A program made the position numbers and the translations under genes. Under the pieces are notes generated by a model. That model worked only from the letters and a program-made list of their open reading frames with translations, was not told the origin of the DNA and did no database searches. Positions 1 to 9,487 of a stretch of 64,000 bases of DNA are shown one piece after another; the first letter of the stretch is position 1, and each line of letters begins with the position of its first letter. The stretch comes from a phage. The stretch is from NCBI GenBank assembly GCA_025611195.1, contig GCA_025611195.1_4718.2. One strand, given 5' to 3'.

Positions 1-196
1 TTCCATACACGCTCGCCACGTAAATTCGAAGTTCTTTTAAACGATCAAGTAACAACTGTGCGATTTCCAGAGCTTCTTCTGTGGCGGTCTGTGTGTTGCA
101 ACCACGTAACTTGTGCTCTAACAGCGAAGTCGCGGCATCGAGCATGGATGTGTATTTACGATAGTTATAAATATCAATTATAGCTGTCTGATTCAT
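1..196 (-). CDS. hypothetical protein, partial (C-terminus beyond window edge)
   Basis: ATG at 196-194 (minus); frame open to position 1 with no stop; no clear RBS seen. Confidence 0.3.
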   Translation of the reverse strand, partial: MNQTAIIDIYNYRKYTSMLDAATSLLEHKLRGCNTQTATEEALEIAQLLLDRLKELRIYVASVYG

Positions 197-207
197 ATAC
201 ACGTTGT

Positions 208-900
208 TTATTTGTTAGGGTCAGGTAATACTAGGTATTGCCGGTAAAGAGAGTCGATCGCTTTCCTAATATGGCTTGCTTGAAGACGACGCCCGAGAAA
301 AGTCTTATAAAAGGGGTTACGGTCCATGTACAGATCATAATTCCATCTCATCACGACTATGACGTTTTTTATAAACAAACGACATTGCATAATGACTGGA
401 TCGTTATCTTGAGTGTACTTACTCGCGCTACCGATACCACACCTCTTATTAACTTCCCTTAACCGTATTATCACTTTCACGAATTTAATCAGTTCAACCA
501 ATTGGCGTAAATTACGTCGAAACCAATATTGTCGCCAACCTCTCAATGTTTTATGAAAAGGGCCGAAGAGAGTTCTATACCCACACGCATAAAAACTTAA
601 TGTAGATTTCGTATAGCTTGTATATACCCTCAGGCTCTTTTTGGCGCTCTCTTTGTCGTAGTAAACAACACGACCAGGTTTATAATTACGGTTATATAAC
701 TGATCAACACATTCGCCGATTAGACCCACGGTCGACAAACAATCGGTCATGGCTTTAACGGTTTCCGTGTCGTTATACAGTTCTCCTAGCCAGCGAAGCT
801 GTTCTGCTTTTTCCCGTAAACGACGAATACGTTGCTGCCACCAAAACCATCGAATATCCCGAATAGGTTTCTCTGTCCCTGTATTAGAGTTTGTCGTCAT
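208..900 (-). CDS. hypothetical protein (230 aa)
   Basis: ORF track; part of compact minus-strand gene tiling; basic, W/R-rich. Confidence 0.5.
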   Translation of the reverse strand: MTTNSNTGTEKPIRDIRWFWWQQRIRRLREKAEQLRWLGELYNDTETVKAMTDCLSTVGLIGECVDQLYNRNYKPGRVVYYDKESAKKSLRVYTSYTKSTLSFYACGYRTLFGPFHKTLRGWRQYWFRRNLRQLVELIKFVKVIIRLREVNKRCGIGSASKYTQDNDPVIMQCRLFIKNVIVVMRWNYDLYMDRNPFYKTFLGRRLQASHIRKAIDSLYRQYLVLPDPNK

Positions 901-1531
901 TAATACCCTCTATTAGTTGTACGGCAACTTCTCTTTCGGTGTTATAAAAGAACTTACGGTGAAACTGAACAAGAAGTTTTTCGAATTTATGTTGAACGAT
1001 CTTTTTGCGTTCAATATGACCCAGGGAGAGCAAAGCGCCCATGCAACGTACCGCTTGTTCGAGAACTTGTTTCGCGGTATCGTGATCGTCCGGCAACGGT
1101 AAATCTTCCTCGTCATCTTTCGCGATAAGGCGTCTGATGATGTTATCAATACGTATCTCATCACCGTTAATGAAAGCGCCTTTCTCCCATTCATCAAATC
1201 GTTGATGGATTCGACGTTGTAAGTTGGCCCTGTCTTCCATTAACTCTTTCAACTGTTTTTCTAAGTGGGATACGGTACGGCGGTCGGTATCAGTGAAGTT
1301 TTCCGATTCTTTATACCACCAATCATTACGCGCTTGTAGGTCATTGATGCGAGATATTATCCGACGACACTCGTTAACAAACGCATCACCGTTCGATAGC
1401 TCCGTACCGAAATAGCATTTGTATTTATAACGCATAACACGGATTAAACGTTTCGCTAGAAAACCTTGTTTCTCCAGTTTCTTCTTCAGTTGTGCGTATT
1501 TCTCTTCTTTTGTTTCCGCGATATCTTTCAT
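884..1531 (-). CDS. hypothetical protein (215 aa)
   Basis: ORF track; charged, helical-looking sequence; small overlap with neighbours. Confidence 0.5.
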   Translation of the reverse strand: MKDIAETKEEKYAQLKKKLEKQGFLAKRLIRVMRYKYKCYFGTELSNGDAFVNECRRIISRINDLQARNDWWYKESENFTDTDRRTVSHLEKQLKELMEDRANLQRRIHQRFDEWEKGAFINGDEIRIDNIIRRLIAKDDEEDLPLPDDHDTAKQVLEQAVRCMGALLSLGHIERKKIVQHKFEKLLVQFHRKFFYNTEREVAVQLIEGINDDKL

Positions 1532-1878
1532 GTCATATTCTCCGCTATATGCTTTAAACTGTTGCGTATACTTTTCAATCGATGGTTAAATCCGGAACGA
1601 TAACATTTCCGTACAACCCTTGGCGCTCGCGCTTTATTCGCCTGATGAAGCTGTTCATTCACCTGCGACGCTATACGTAAACGTTCTAATAAAGACCTCA
1701 ACCGAACGACAACCAACGGTTGTTCTTTCACCTTCTCTAGTTTGAGTAAAGAGTCAATACGAAACTTTATATCGATAATCTGATTCCTGTTTTTGCGGTA
1801 CTGATGAATATACCAGCATCGACGAAAATAGGTGATGCTAAGCATAGGGTAGATCCTCTTCAACGCTATCTCCAACAA
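1528..1878 (-). CDS. hypothetical protein (116 aa)
   Basis: ORF track; 4-nt overlap with downstream gene start (ATGA-type coupling). Confidence 0.45.
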   Translation of the reverse strand: MLEIALKRIYPMLSITYFRRCWYIHQYRKNRNQIIDIKFRIDSLLKLEKVKEQPLVVVRLRSLLERLRIASQVNEQLHQANKARAPRVVRKCYRSGFNHRLKSIRNSLKHIAENMT

Positions 1879-2081
1879 TACATCGGATTAGGTGCTTTAT
1901 GGCATTTATAAATACCTACTTTCTTCTGTCTACCTTTACCTGGGCCTCGTTTAACGCGTTTGTTATAAACACGACCAAAATATCGTGTGGCGATAAATCG
2001 GGATGTATACATCGGGTCGATATATTCTAGCGTACCTGCTTCTGTCACTTCGAGACATTGCATGCGTAACCTCTCTTTCAT
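1866..2081 (-). CDS. hypothetical small protein (71 aa)
   Basis: ORF track only; short. Confidence 0.3.
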   Translation of the reverse strand: MKERLRMQCLEVTEAGTLEYIDPMYTSRFIATRYFGRVYNKRVKRGPGKGRQKKVGIYKCHKAPNPMYCWR

Positions 2082-2088
2082 CTAAAAG

Positions 2089-2295
2089 TCAGTCCAACAT
2101 AAGCCATGGCATCGCTTTCGCGATAGAATCCACCGCAGCATTTGCGATCCTTCGTTCAGTCGTTGGTACCACGTGCGCCACGAACCGTTTCCCTTTATTG
2201 CAACCTTTCTTGTGTTTTCCTTTGACTAAACGAACACCAATCATGTCGTTGATAACATGATTTAGTATGTGGCGCTGTAGAGAATTAATCATCAC
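2089..2295 (-). CDS. hypothetical small protein (68 aa)
   Basis: ORF track only; short. Confidence 0.3.
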   Translation of the reverse strand: MMINSLQRHILNHVINDMIGVRLVKGKHKKGCNKGKRFVAHVVPTTERRIANAAVDSIAKAMPWLMLD

Positions 2296-2461
2296 TTTTA
2301 CTCCAGGCAGAGAAGATTCTCGGTTTTAGTTCTATCTGTCCGCAAATCCAGGTGTATCGCCATTTACCTTTACGAGGACCTTTCTTATTTTTAACGCCTA
2401 TCAGAATACGATAGGGGTATGACCAAGCCATTCTAAACTCCTAAAATAAATCTCGATATTC

Positions 2462-2788
2462 TTAATGCAATTGCTTCTTAAAACCTAATTTAAGAAGCGT
2501 CATTCTCTTGTCGATGGTATCCAAGGCTTCCAGCAAGGATTTACGCTGCTCCTTTGTAAGCATATCGACGCGTAGACGTTCGTTAATTTCTGCTTTAAGC
2601 TGTATAGGAAGGGTTTGTGTAAGTATGCTATCAGCCTCCATCTCGTAACTATTTTTCGGTATGGGTAATGCTTCAGTAACACCAGTGAGATAAAAACCGA
2701 TAGTGGTTACTCGCTCATCCATTGCTTCTAACAGTTCAGAACTTACTTCATCCACGATAGTTCTCCGTATTAGGGTGGGCGTACCCAC
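2462..2788 (-). CDS. hypothetical protein (108 aa)
   Basis: ORF track; acidic protein. Confidence 0.45.
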   Translation of the reverse strand: MGTPTLIRRTIVDEVSSELLEAMDERVTTIGFYLTGVTEALPIPKNSYEMEADSILTQTLPIQLKAEINERLRVDMLTKEQRKSLLEALDTIDKRMTLLKLGFKKQLH

Positions 2789-2802
2789 CCCCAGTTGTTA
2801 AT

Positions 2803-3822
2803 TTACACCGCCACCTTAGCCTTGATAGCCGGATGTGATTGATATCCGACGAACACAAAGTCTTCGTAACGGTAATCCGTAATACTTTCCGGTTTACGTA
2901 CGATTGTTAGCTTCGGTAATGGATACGGCTCACGGCTGAGCTGCTCTTTAACCTGTTCGAAGTGGTTGTGATAGATGTGGCAATCTCCACCCGTCCACAC
3001 GAACTCACCAACGTCCATATTCAGCTGTTGGGCAAGCATATGCGTCAGCAACGAATATGATGCGATGTTGAACGGTTTCCCGAGCACTGCGTCGCACGAA
3101 CGCTGGTAAAGCTGACAGGATAAGGCACGTGTTGGTACGTTATGCGCATTCAACCAAAGTTCTGTTTCACTGTGTCGTACATCATCCGTAACCCACTGGG
3201 TTCTTAATACGTCATTGCGTTGAACATAACCAACGCGTTCATCGATGGTGAGCTCGTGGGTATAGAACTGATAAAATGAATGGCACGGAGCGAGATGCAT
3301 ATCGTCTAAATCACCTACGTTCCACGCGCTAACGATGATCCGTCGAGAATCGGGGTCTTCTTTAAGCTGGCGCATCACGTTTGCAATCTGATCGTGATGT
3401 CTAACATACACGAGGTGTTTTAGCATACCGTCATTAAGAATGCCGCAATACTCATAGCCGCGTTGCATCAACTCACGAGTACGTTCTGTATCGTGCGGAA
3501 CAACCACTTTGTAGTCGATCCATTCCCGCCATTGTTTGCCGTAAATCGGTCCTAGATTCCCTTCTTCGTCAGCCCACTCATTCCAAATACGAACACCGTT
3601 ATCTTGAAGATAAGCAACGTTTGTGTCGCCGTTAAGAAACCAGAGCAGTTCGTGGATAACGCTCTTAAGGTGAATCTTCTTGGTGGTTACCAGCGGGAAC
3701 CCTTTCTTCAAGTCAAAACGCATCTGACGTCCGAATACAGAACGGGTCCCGGTGCCTGTACGATCGGCTTTATCACGGCCGTTATCCATGATGTCTTGCA
3801 AAAGGTCCAAATACTGTTTCAT
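2803..3822 (-). CDS. thyA: thymidylate synthase (ThyA family) with two insertions relative to E. coli ThyA
   Basis: Translation has the ThyA signature: [53 protein letters not shown], catalytic [22 protein letters not shown]; ATG at 3822. Confidence 0.9.
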   Translation of the reverse strand: MKQYLDLLQDIMDNGRDKADRTGTGTRSVFGRQMRFDLKKGFPLVTTKKIHLKSVIHELLWFLNGDTNVAYLQDNGVRIWNEWADEEGNLGPIYGKQWREWIDYKVVVPHDTERTRELMQRGYEYCGILNDGMLKHLVYVRHHDQIANVMRQLKEDPDSRRIIVSAWNVGDLDDMHLAPCHSFYQFYTHELTIDERVGYVQRNDVLRTQWVTDDVRHSETELWLNAHNVPTRALSCQLYQRSCDAVLGKPFNIASYSLLTHMLAQQLNMDVGEFVWTGGDCHIYHNHFEQVKEQLSREPYPLPKLTIVRKPESITDYRYEDFVFVGYQSHPAIKAKVAV

Positions 3823-4178
3823 TTTAATCCTCTAAGTGTTTCAAGTAGTTCCTGAAATTTGTAACGATATTTAGAATCACTTAACGTGTAACAGCAACCA
3901 CGTAACACGTTATGCGCGTAATCAGCTTGTAAACCACGAACCTTCGGATCCAGTGATAGATTCAATGACGCGTCATCAAAAATCCACGCTTCAATGTTCT
4001 TCTTAGATTCCTTCGTTAACATCGTTTTCACCTCGTAGTAAAAGTAAATAGAGTTTTGTCGAGACGCCCTAATTACATACAACGTAGGTTCTCCTGGCTT
4101 CAGAGAATTCTTAAAATCCGTTAGTTTTGATGGACAGGATAAGACAGCATAAAAGCCTCCCATTACGGGAGGCTTCAT
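3819..4178 (-). CDS. hypothetical protein (119 aa)
   Basis: ORF track; stop overlaps thyA start (ATGA at 3819-3822). Confidence 0.5.
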   Translation of the reverse strand: MKPPVMGGFYAVLSCPSKLTDFKNSLKPGEPTLYVIRASRQNSIYFYYEVKTMLTKESKKNIEAWIFDDASLNLSLDPKVRGLQADYAHNVLRGCCYTLSDSKYRYKFQELLETLRGLK

Positions 4179-4186
4179 TAATCAGC

Positions 4187-4735
4187 TTATTTCACAAGAA
4201 CAGCGAATTCGAGAACGTAAATAGCTTCATCGTCCATCGGATTTGTTGTGGTATAGCCAACGAAGCAATAACCCATATCCACGATAAACTCGCTAAGTTT
4301 ATCGATGACTGATGCCTCGATGCGATCATCAACAGACAGACGACATTTACGGGTTATGTTTTGCCCGCGAGGAACACCAGCCAACACGGATAGAAAATGT
4401 ACGATCCGATTATTGGTTGTGAACTGCACGTAATCATCGTAGTGCTTAAGGTCTTTCATCGCAGACTCTACCGTCATCCGGCGACCAGGTGATACATACT
4501 CAGAATAAGAATAAGCTGCAATCGTGCGGCGGTCTTCAGTGAGGTAAGTATTCCCTTCGGGATGATAGCTCTCGATTGTTCCGTCTTCATAGGCGACGGT
4601 TACAACAGGTGCGCCGTACTCGTCGCGACCGAAATCAATCTTACATTTATTCGAAAGCGGTAGAACTGTACAAGGCTTTGCATTGTTCTCATCGGGGAGA
4701 TCGTAACCACTCATCATTTTCAAGAACATAGACAT
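4187..4735 (-). CDS. hypothetical protein, paralog of 4822..5355
   Basis: Shares M..NNAKP.T..F.RD..G.P...G..P.GN.Y..D..TIA.Y.YS pattern with the adjacent gene. Confidence 0.55.
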   Translation of the reverse strand: MSMFLKMMSGYDLPDENNAKPCTVLPLSNKCKIDFGRDEYGAPVVTVAYEDGTIESYHPEGNTYLTEDRRTIAAYSYSEYVSPGRRMTVESAMKDLKHYDDYVQFTTNNRIVHFLSVLAGVPRGQNITRKCRLSVDDRIEASVIDKLSEFIVDMGYCFVGYTTTNPMDDEAIYVLEFAVLVK

Positions 4736-4787
4736 AATAGAACCTCATGATAATAGATAATAGAAATGATAGATAGTACAACAAATT

Positions 4788-4811
4788 GAGGGGGTATTAT
4801 CCCACCCCCTC
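4788..4811 (-). terminator. GC-rich hairpin (GAGGGGG / CCCCCTC) after gene 4822..5355
   Basis: 7-bp inverted repeat with 10-nt loop just downstream of the minus-strand stop. Confidence 0.5.
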
Positions 4812-4821
4812 GCAGGGATTA

Positions 4822-5355
4822 CTACTTAACGATCGCGATGATTTTGCCGCTCGCACCGGCGTAATATGCTGTTAATTCACCAGTAAACAACTCTTGTAAA
4901 AGACGATTTACGTGACTAACAAAGTTAGGATTGTCTGATTTTACAAACTCGATATTGCGCGTTTGTTTTATATCACGATCGATTAAACGGATTTCCAACA
5001 ACGCACAAATAAGGCGATCGTCGAGTTCACCACTCGCATCCAGCACTTCCCCATACTTCGTAGCACGGACGTCCGCATACATACGGTCAACATCATCCTT
5101 CCCAAAACCACAGGAATAGGCATACGTTGCGATGGTGTTACCATTGTCCATCACATAAACGTTACCACCTGGGTAATCGATAAATCGTTGATCCTTATCA
5201 CCATGAGCGACGAACTCCAGTGTCGGTCTACCCATCGAATCACGGTTGAATTCAATTGTGGTCAAGCGATCTGGTACCACATGCAACGTAAATGGTTTCG
5301 CATTGTTACGATCGCTAGTATCGCAGTTGCCCATTACTTTTACAATAACACTCAT
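4822..5355 (-). CDS. hypothetical protein, paralog of 4187..4735
   Basis: Tandem paralogy visible in translation (see 4187..4735). Confidence 0.55.
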   Translation of the reverse strand: MSVIVKVMGNCDTSDRNNAKPFTLHVVPDRLTTIEFNRDSMGRPTLEFVAHGDKDQRFIDYPGGNVYVMDNGNTIATYAYSCGFGKDDVDRMYADVRATKYGEVLDASGELDDRLICALLEIRLIDRDIKQTRNIEFVKSDNPNFVSHVNRLLQELFTGELTAYYAGASGKIIAIVK

Positions 5356-5429
5356 GTTTTATTCCTTAGTAGTCCTAGTAGTAGTATTGAGGAATAGCAC
5401 CTCATTAGATAGTCTATTTTGGTAATGAT

Positions 5430-5729
5430 TTACTGAAACAGGACATTAAACTCGACGAGATACCCATCGGATCTATCACCACGATATCTGTTGCAGAAAA
5501 CACCGAATTTCATCAAGAACTCACATAACTCTTCGGCTTTGTATAACGGAATACGATTTTCGTCGAGCAGAGGACACATATGGCTAACCAGCTCCGACGA
5601 ATCAACGCAACACAAATAAAGAAGGAACCGAACAATAGCTCGGTTCTTAGTGAAGCTCTCGAATTCACCTGCGGTTCTGAACTCATCGAGGAGCTTTGTC
5701 GTTTTCTTCAATCGTTCACGATCAAGCAT
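5430..5729 (-). CDS. hypothetical protein (99 aa)
   Basis: ORF track; ATG at 5729. Confidence 0.45.
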   Translation of the reverse strand: MLDRERLKKTTKLLDEFRTAGEFESFTKNRAIVRFLLYLCCVDSSELVSHMCPLLDENRIPLYKAEELCEFLMKFGVFCNRYRGDRSDGYLVEFNVLFQ

Positions 5730-5751
5730 GTTAACCTCAATACGAACATAA

Positions 5752-5783
5752 CCCTCCTCCGACCCATCAGGGAAGGAGGAGGG
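5752..5783 (-). terminator. CCCTCCTCC / GGAGGAGGG hairpin between minus genes
   Basis: 9-bp inverted repeat 5752-5760 / 5775-5783 just downstream of the stop at 5793. Confidence 0.5.
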
Positions 5784-5792
5784 AATATGCTG

Positions 5793-6107
5793 TTATTTTG
5801 TTTTAGGTGTTGAACCGTTCTTCTTGAAGTCGGATTCGTATTTCACGTTAGAATCGAGAACCTCACGAACGGTTTTATCCGTACAGCCACGAGCGATGTA
5901 TGCATTAAGATCATCACGTAATTTACGCATTGTTGTTTTATCCGCATCAGAAATATCTGACTTGGTAAGACGGAATGCAATTGCGTCACGGATTTTATTC
6001 AGCGTCGCTGGGTTAATACGCTGTTCTGCAAATACCGCTTTGATGAACTTATCGCTATCTTTCGAAGCGACGGCAGCATCAAGAATCTCAATATGCTTTT
6101 CAGACAT
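5793..6107 (-). CDS. hypothetical protein (104 aa)
   Basis: ORF track; basic/acidic mixed small protein. Confidence 0.45.
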   Translation of the reverse strand: MSEKHIEILDAAVASKDSDKFIKAVFAEQRINPATLNKIRDAIAFRLTKSDISDADKTTMRKLRDDLNAYIARGCTDKTVREVLDSNVKYESDFKKNGSTPKTK

Positions 6108-6163
6108 CTTCTTTCCTTTAATAAACGATCATCGTCATATTCATTGCGCAGGGTACTATCACT

Positions 6164-7387
6164 TCAGTAGCTTAGACATCCCGTGCTACGCGCCAACGCA
6201 ACGTCATATGCATCCATGATCGCATCACCGATAGCGGTATGACGAATCAACGGAATACCCATGTCTGGATACTCTTTGGTACCTAAGATGGATACCGGTT
6301 TGTCTTGATACGCGGCAATCATCGAACGGATATCCTGAACCTGGTTATAACGACAAACTGGCTTAAAGCCTGCTTTACGGAACCAATGTTCTAATTGAGG
6401 CCAATCTGTTTCACCGCGAGCAAGATAATAGAAGGTATCCTTACCGTAGTATTCGGTCATCTCATCACGGATATTGTTAACAAATGCATTTACTGTAGCA
6501 ATGGCTTCTTTATAGTCCATCACTCCGACATGCTGAAAACAATAGTCGCGCGCTTCCTTCGGTGCTTTGGTTTGCCACCATTCTACCGTGGACTTACTAA
6601 TATCACCGCCATCAGCGATTTGACCGTAAACGTCAGGGAAGATATCTATACGTGGACCGTTAATAACAGATTCTGGATTAGCTAGATCAAAGAACAAGAT
6701 GCCGATTTCCAGCAGTACCCCGTTCTTTTCCAGACTGAGATTCTCCACATCCAGGCAAAACGCAGGTTTCTCTACCGCTGAAAAATCAAAATATTCTTCG
6801 AGGCGCGGCGTTGGTTCGGCGGCGAAAAACGTCTCATGAATGAACTGGGCGAATGTCTTATTCTCTGCTACTAAGTCAATACCCAATTTACTTAGCAGAG
6901 GTATAATTGCACGGTCGTTGTACTCCATTACCACCAACTCTTGGCTTTTGATAGAACGACCAATTGAGTAAAAAAGATGAACGATATCTAACGGTTTGTA
7001 CGGAGCCTCAAAAGTTGTTCCCTGGAACGACTCAGCCAGCGCCTTATGCGTTTCTTCACGATGATTCATCAGTTGGAAAATAGCACAGCGCAGATAATGC
7101 CGTAATGTTATCTCGTGAAGGTGTGATGTATCTTCCTGAAATAACGTCATGAAACCGTGATATGTATAATACTCGCCTCTTTGAATTTCTTCGAGGAGTT
7201 CTTTGTCCCCATTTATTTCCTCTGGTGTTATCGGTTCGATTTGATCATGGATAATATTGAGCAGGTCACTGCCGTGTACCTTAAACAGTTTTTCAACGCT
7301 AAAATCGGGTAATGTCGCAATTGCTGCGTACATTAATGTTTCTGCGGGATTAAGTTCTTTATTGTCAATTGTGATGGTTAAAGCCAT
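6164..7387 (-). CDS. putative DEDDh (DnaQ-like) 3'-5' exonuclease domain protein
   Basis: C-terminal part has FCLDVENLSL (D.E) and HTAIGDAIMDAYDV (H.A..DA) motifs; start moved to ATG at 7387 (MALTITID) with GAGGT RBS. Confidence 0.55.
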   Translation of the reverse strand: MALTITIDNKELNPAETLMYAAIATLPDFSVEKLFKVHGSDLLNIIHDQIEPITPEEINGDKELLEEIQRGEYYTYHGFMTLFQEDTSHLHEITLRHYLRCAIFQLMNHREETHKALAESFQGTTFEAPYKPLDIVHLFYSIGRSIKSQELVVMEYNDRAIIPLLSKLGIDLVAENKTFAQFIHETFFAAEPTPRLEEYFDFSAVEKPAFCLDVENLSLEKNGVLLEIGILFFDLANPESVINGPRIDIFPDVYGQIADGGDISKSTVEWWQTKAPKEARDYCFQHVGVMDYKEAIATVNAFVNNIRDEMTEYYGKDTFYYLARGETDWPQLEHWFRKAGFKPVCRYNQVQDIRSMIAAYQDKPVSILGTKEYPDMGIPLIRHTAIGDAIMDAYDVALARSTGCLSY

Positions 7388-7412
7388 TTTATTATACCTC
7401 ATCGAAATCAAA

Positions 7413-7754
7413 TTAGTTAAATTCAGGTTTATCAGCAGCCAGACCAAGTCCAGCCAGTATTACGTAATCATACCAAGCTTTTACTTTTGCTTTCGCTTCA
7501 TCTAAACTATCTGCGTTGATGTGCGGAAACTCATCGTTGACTGGGAAAGGTAAATCGCAGTCGTAGCTTGTATAGTCTTTCCAACCTTTCCATTCGATAG
7601 TTAGAGAACCAAAAACGGTCTCAGCAACAACGTGGTTATAGCGACATTCTTCACATGGCGTACGCTCTTCCGACCAAACAAGCTCGTGCTGTGCTAAAAG
7701 TTGTTGTACGACCGATAATGGTTGCTCTTCATTAAGTTCGATACTGTCTATCAC
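7413..7754 (-). CDS. hypothetical protein (113 aa)
   Basis: ORF track. Confidence 0.45.
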   Translation of the reverse strand: MIDSIELNEEQPLSVVQQLLAQHELVWSEERTPCEECRYNHVVAETVFGSLTIEWKGWKDYTSYDCDLPFPVNDEFPHINADSLDEAKAKVKAWYDYVILAGLGLAADKPEFN

Positions 7755-8347
7755 TGTATACCCTCCTTTTCCTTATCGTAATTACTACACATATTGACAA
7801 ACGCAGTATTATCAGACAGCATGCTAACCATCTGACGGATTGCGTCCAACGGTTCAAGTTTAGGATTGATTGATTCACCGGTCAACGCGCTTATTGCTCG
7901 TGTGATCTCAGCCAAATCAACGTTCGGGTCTTTATCATCAATGATGAGCAGACTCTTCGCCGGTTTCTGACGACGTTTGATGATTAACAAATACGTGACA
8001 AGGTTCTCACGCCAAGCGTCAGAATCCAGATTGCGTATCAGGGTTAACGCACGACGTTCTTCCGCCCATGATGGTTTCTCACGGATAACGGGCATGTAAG
8101 ATAATTGCTCAGCAAGCCCTTTCAAACTGACACGGTTGGTGCCACCAGGATGCTCACTAATCCGCAACATCTCGGTTAACAGACGGACATATGCGGTTGT
8201 TGTAGAAACACCCCGCAGCGGCAGGAACAAATTATGTCCCGGAACCCCATCATGACTCAGCGGTGCGATATACGCCATGAATTGACGGATATCGTCATCG
8301 GTCTGTTCTCCAGCAACGAACTTAAACGCTTCACGTAGAACGCTCAC
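7751..8347 (-). CDS. hypothetical protein (198 aa)
   Basis: ORF track; 4-nt overlap with downstream gene. Confidence 0.5.
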   Translation of the reverse strand: MSVLREAFKFVAGEQTDDDIRQFMAYIAPLSHDGVPGHNLFLPLRGVSTTTAYVRLLTEMLRISEHPGGTNRVSLKGLAEQLSYMPVIREKPSWAEERRALTLIRNLDSDAWRENLVTYLLIIKRRQKPAKSLLIIDDKDPNVDLAEITRAISALTGESINPKLEPLDAIRQMVSMLSDNTAFVNMCSNYDKEKEGIQ

Positions 8348-8633
8348 TACGAAGTCTCCTTAATGTTTCTTTTATATGCAATCTCTTCGGCAAGTACAGA
8401 CGTTTGTACAGATCAACTAACAGATAACGCATAACGGAAGCAACCACCAGGTATTCGCCTTCAGCTTCCGAATAGCGTATCATGTTAATCGGGTAATTCA
8501 AATAAGAATAAGAAAAGAGATCATCATTGGTGAGGCGATGATCTTCAAGATACTGACGAAACAATTCTGCTAAGGCATCGTACTCCATTCCGTAGTAACA
8601 CAACGATACCTGTCTTACCGACAGTCGTTTCAT
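8331..8633 (-). CDS. hypothetical protein (100 aa)
   Basis: ORF track. Confidence 0.4.
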   Translation of the reverse strand: MKRLSVRQVSLCYYGMEYDALAELFRQYLEDHRLTNDDLFSYSYLNYPINMIRYSEAEGEYLVVASVMRYLLVDLYKRLYLPKRLHIKETLRRLRSERST

Positions 8634-9472
8634 GCTGAGTTACCTTTTAGTTTTCCGCGTATCATGTCAACAACGCGTGAGGGATCAGAAATAACATTAG
8701 CGATAAGATGATCGATAGGTAGGTCGAGAACGATTTTCTTCAGCTGGAAAGTCGTATCTTTACGACGCACGCCGTAGAACACACCATCTTTAAACACAAC
8801 CTCGTACGAAATTGGTAGCTGACTGATAATCGTGTTAGCGTAATCACCCAACCACATCGACCCCGCCATCAAATGCGCACAAACCGCATGACTAATACGC
8901 ACATCTTTGTTCTTCTGGCTAACGTCTTTGATTTTCGACATGGTGACCAGAAGTTCACCGATCTTACTGAGCATATCGTCGTATACCCCAAAGAACTTAA
9001 TCAGTTGTCGGGCACCTAACGATATATATGTTTCTCGCGGTAAGACACAACACACCTGCGGTAACGTCCCAACCCCATAGACACAACTGTGGGGTGACAA
9101 TGGGAGCAAATCAGCAACCGCGTTCTTGATGTTGTTATACTCAACGATATCGTTGAACGGCGAAAGCCCTTTCGTAATCGGTTTATCAATCGCCACATCA
9201 AACTCCGCGAACGTCCATGCTGCTTTACGGGGTTCCCCTTTCTTGTACGGTGGGGCCAGTATCGCAACAACACGAAGTCGATACTCATGTGTATCGCGTA
9301 GCTTAAGTTGGATACCATCATCATCGCCTTCACGCACAAGTGAGTAGCGGCTCGCGCAACCATCACAGACCACCGTTGGTTCGTGTTGACCGTATGCTGC
9401 AAGCATCGGTTTACTAAGATCTTTATCACAGTGTTTACAATGATGATCCTGTTCCTGATAACTGATTTTCAC
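8630..9472 (-). CDS. hypothetical protein with N-terminal Cys-rich (zinc-ribbon-like) segment
   Basis: N-terminus HHCKHCDK...VVCDGCASRY suggests CxxC..CxxC metal binding. Confidence 0.5.
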   Translation of the reverse strand: MKISYQEQDHHCKHCDKDLSKPMLAAYGQHEPTVVCDGCASRYSLVREGDDDGIQLKLRDTHEYRLRVVAILAPPYKKGEPRKAAWTFAEFDVAIDKPITKGLSPFNDIVEYNNIKNAVADLLPLSPHSCVYGVGTLPQVCCVLPRETYISLGARQLIKFFGVYDDMLSKIGELLVTMSKIKDVSQKNKDVRISHAVCAHLMAGSMWLGDYANTIISQLPISYEVVFKDGVFYGVRRKDTTFQLKKIVLDLPIDHLIANVISDPSRVVDMIRGKLKGNSA

Positions 9473-9487
9473 ATCAGGGCTCCTTTG

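Noticed and set aside
6140-6165. Partial motif ATCACTTCAGTAGC resembling the 5' half of the early-promoter motif
   Set aside because: Lacks the invariant TATATTAC core.
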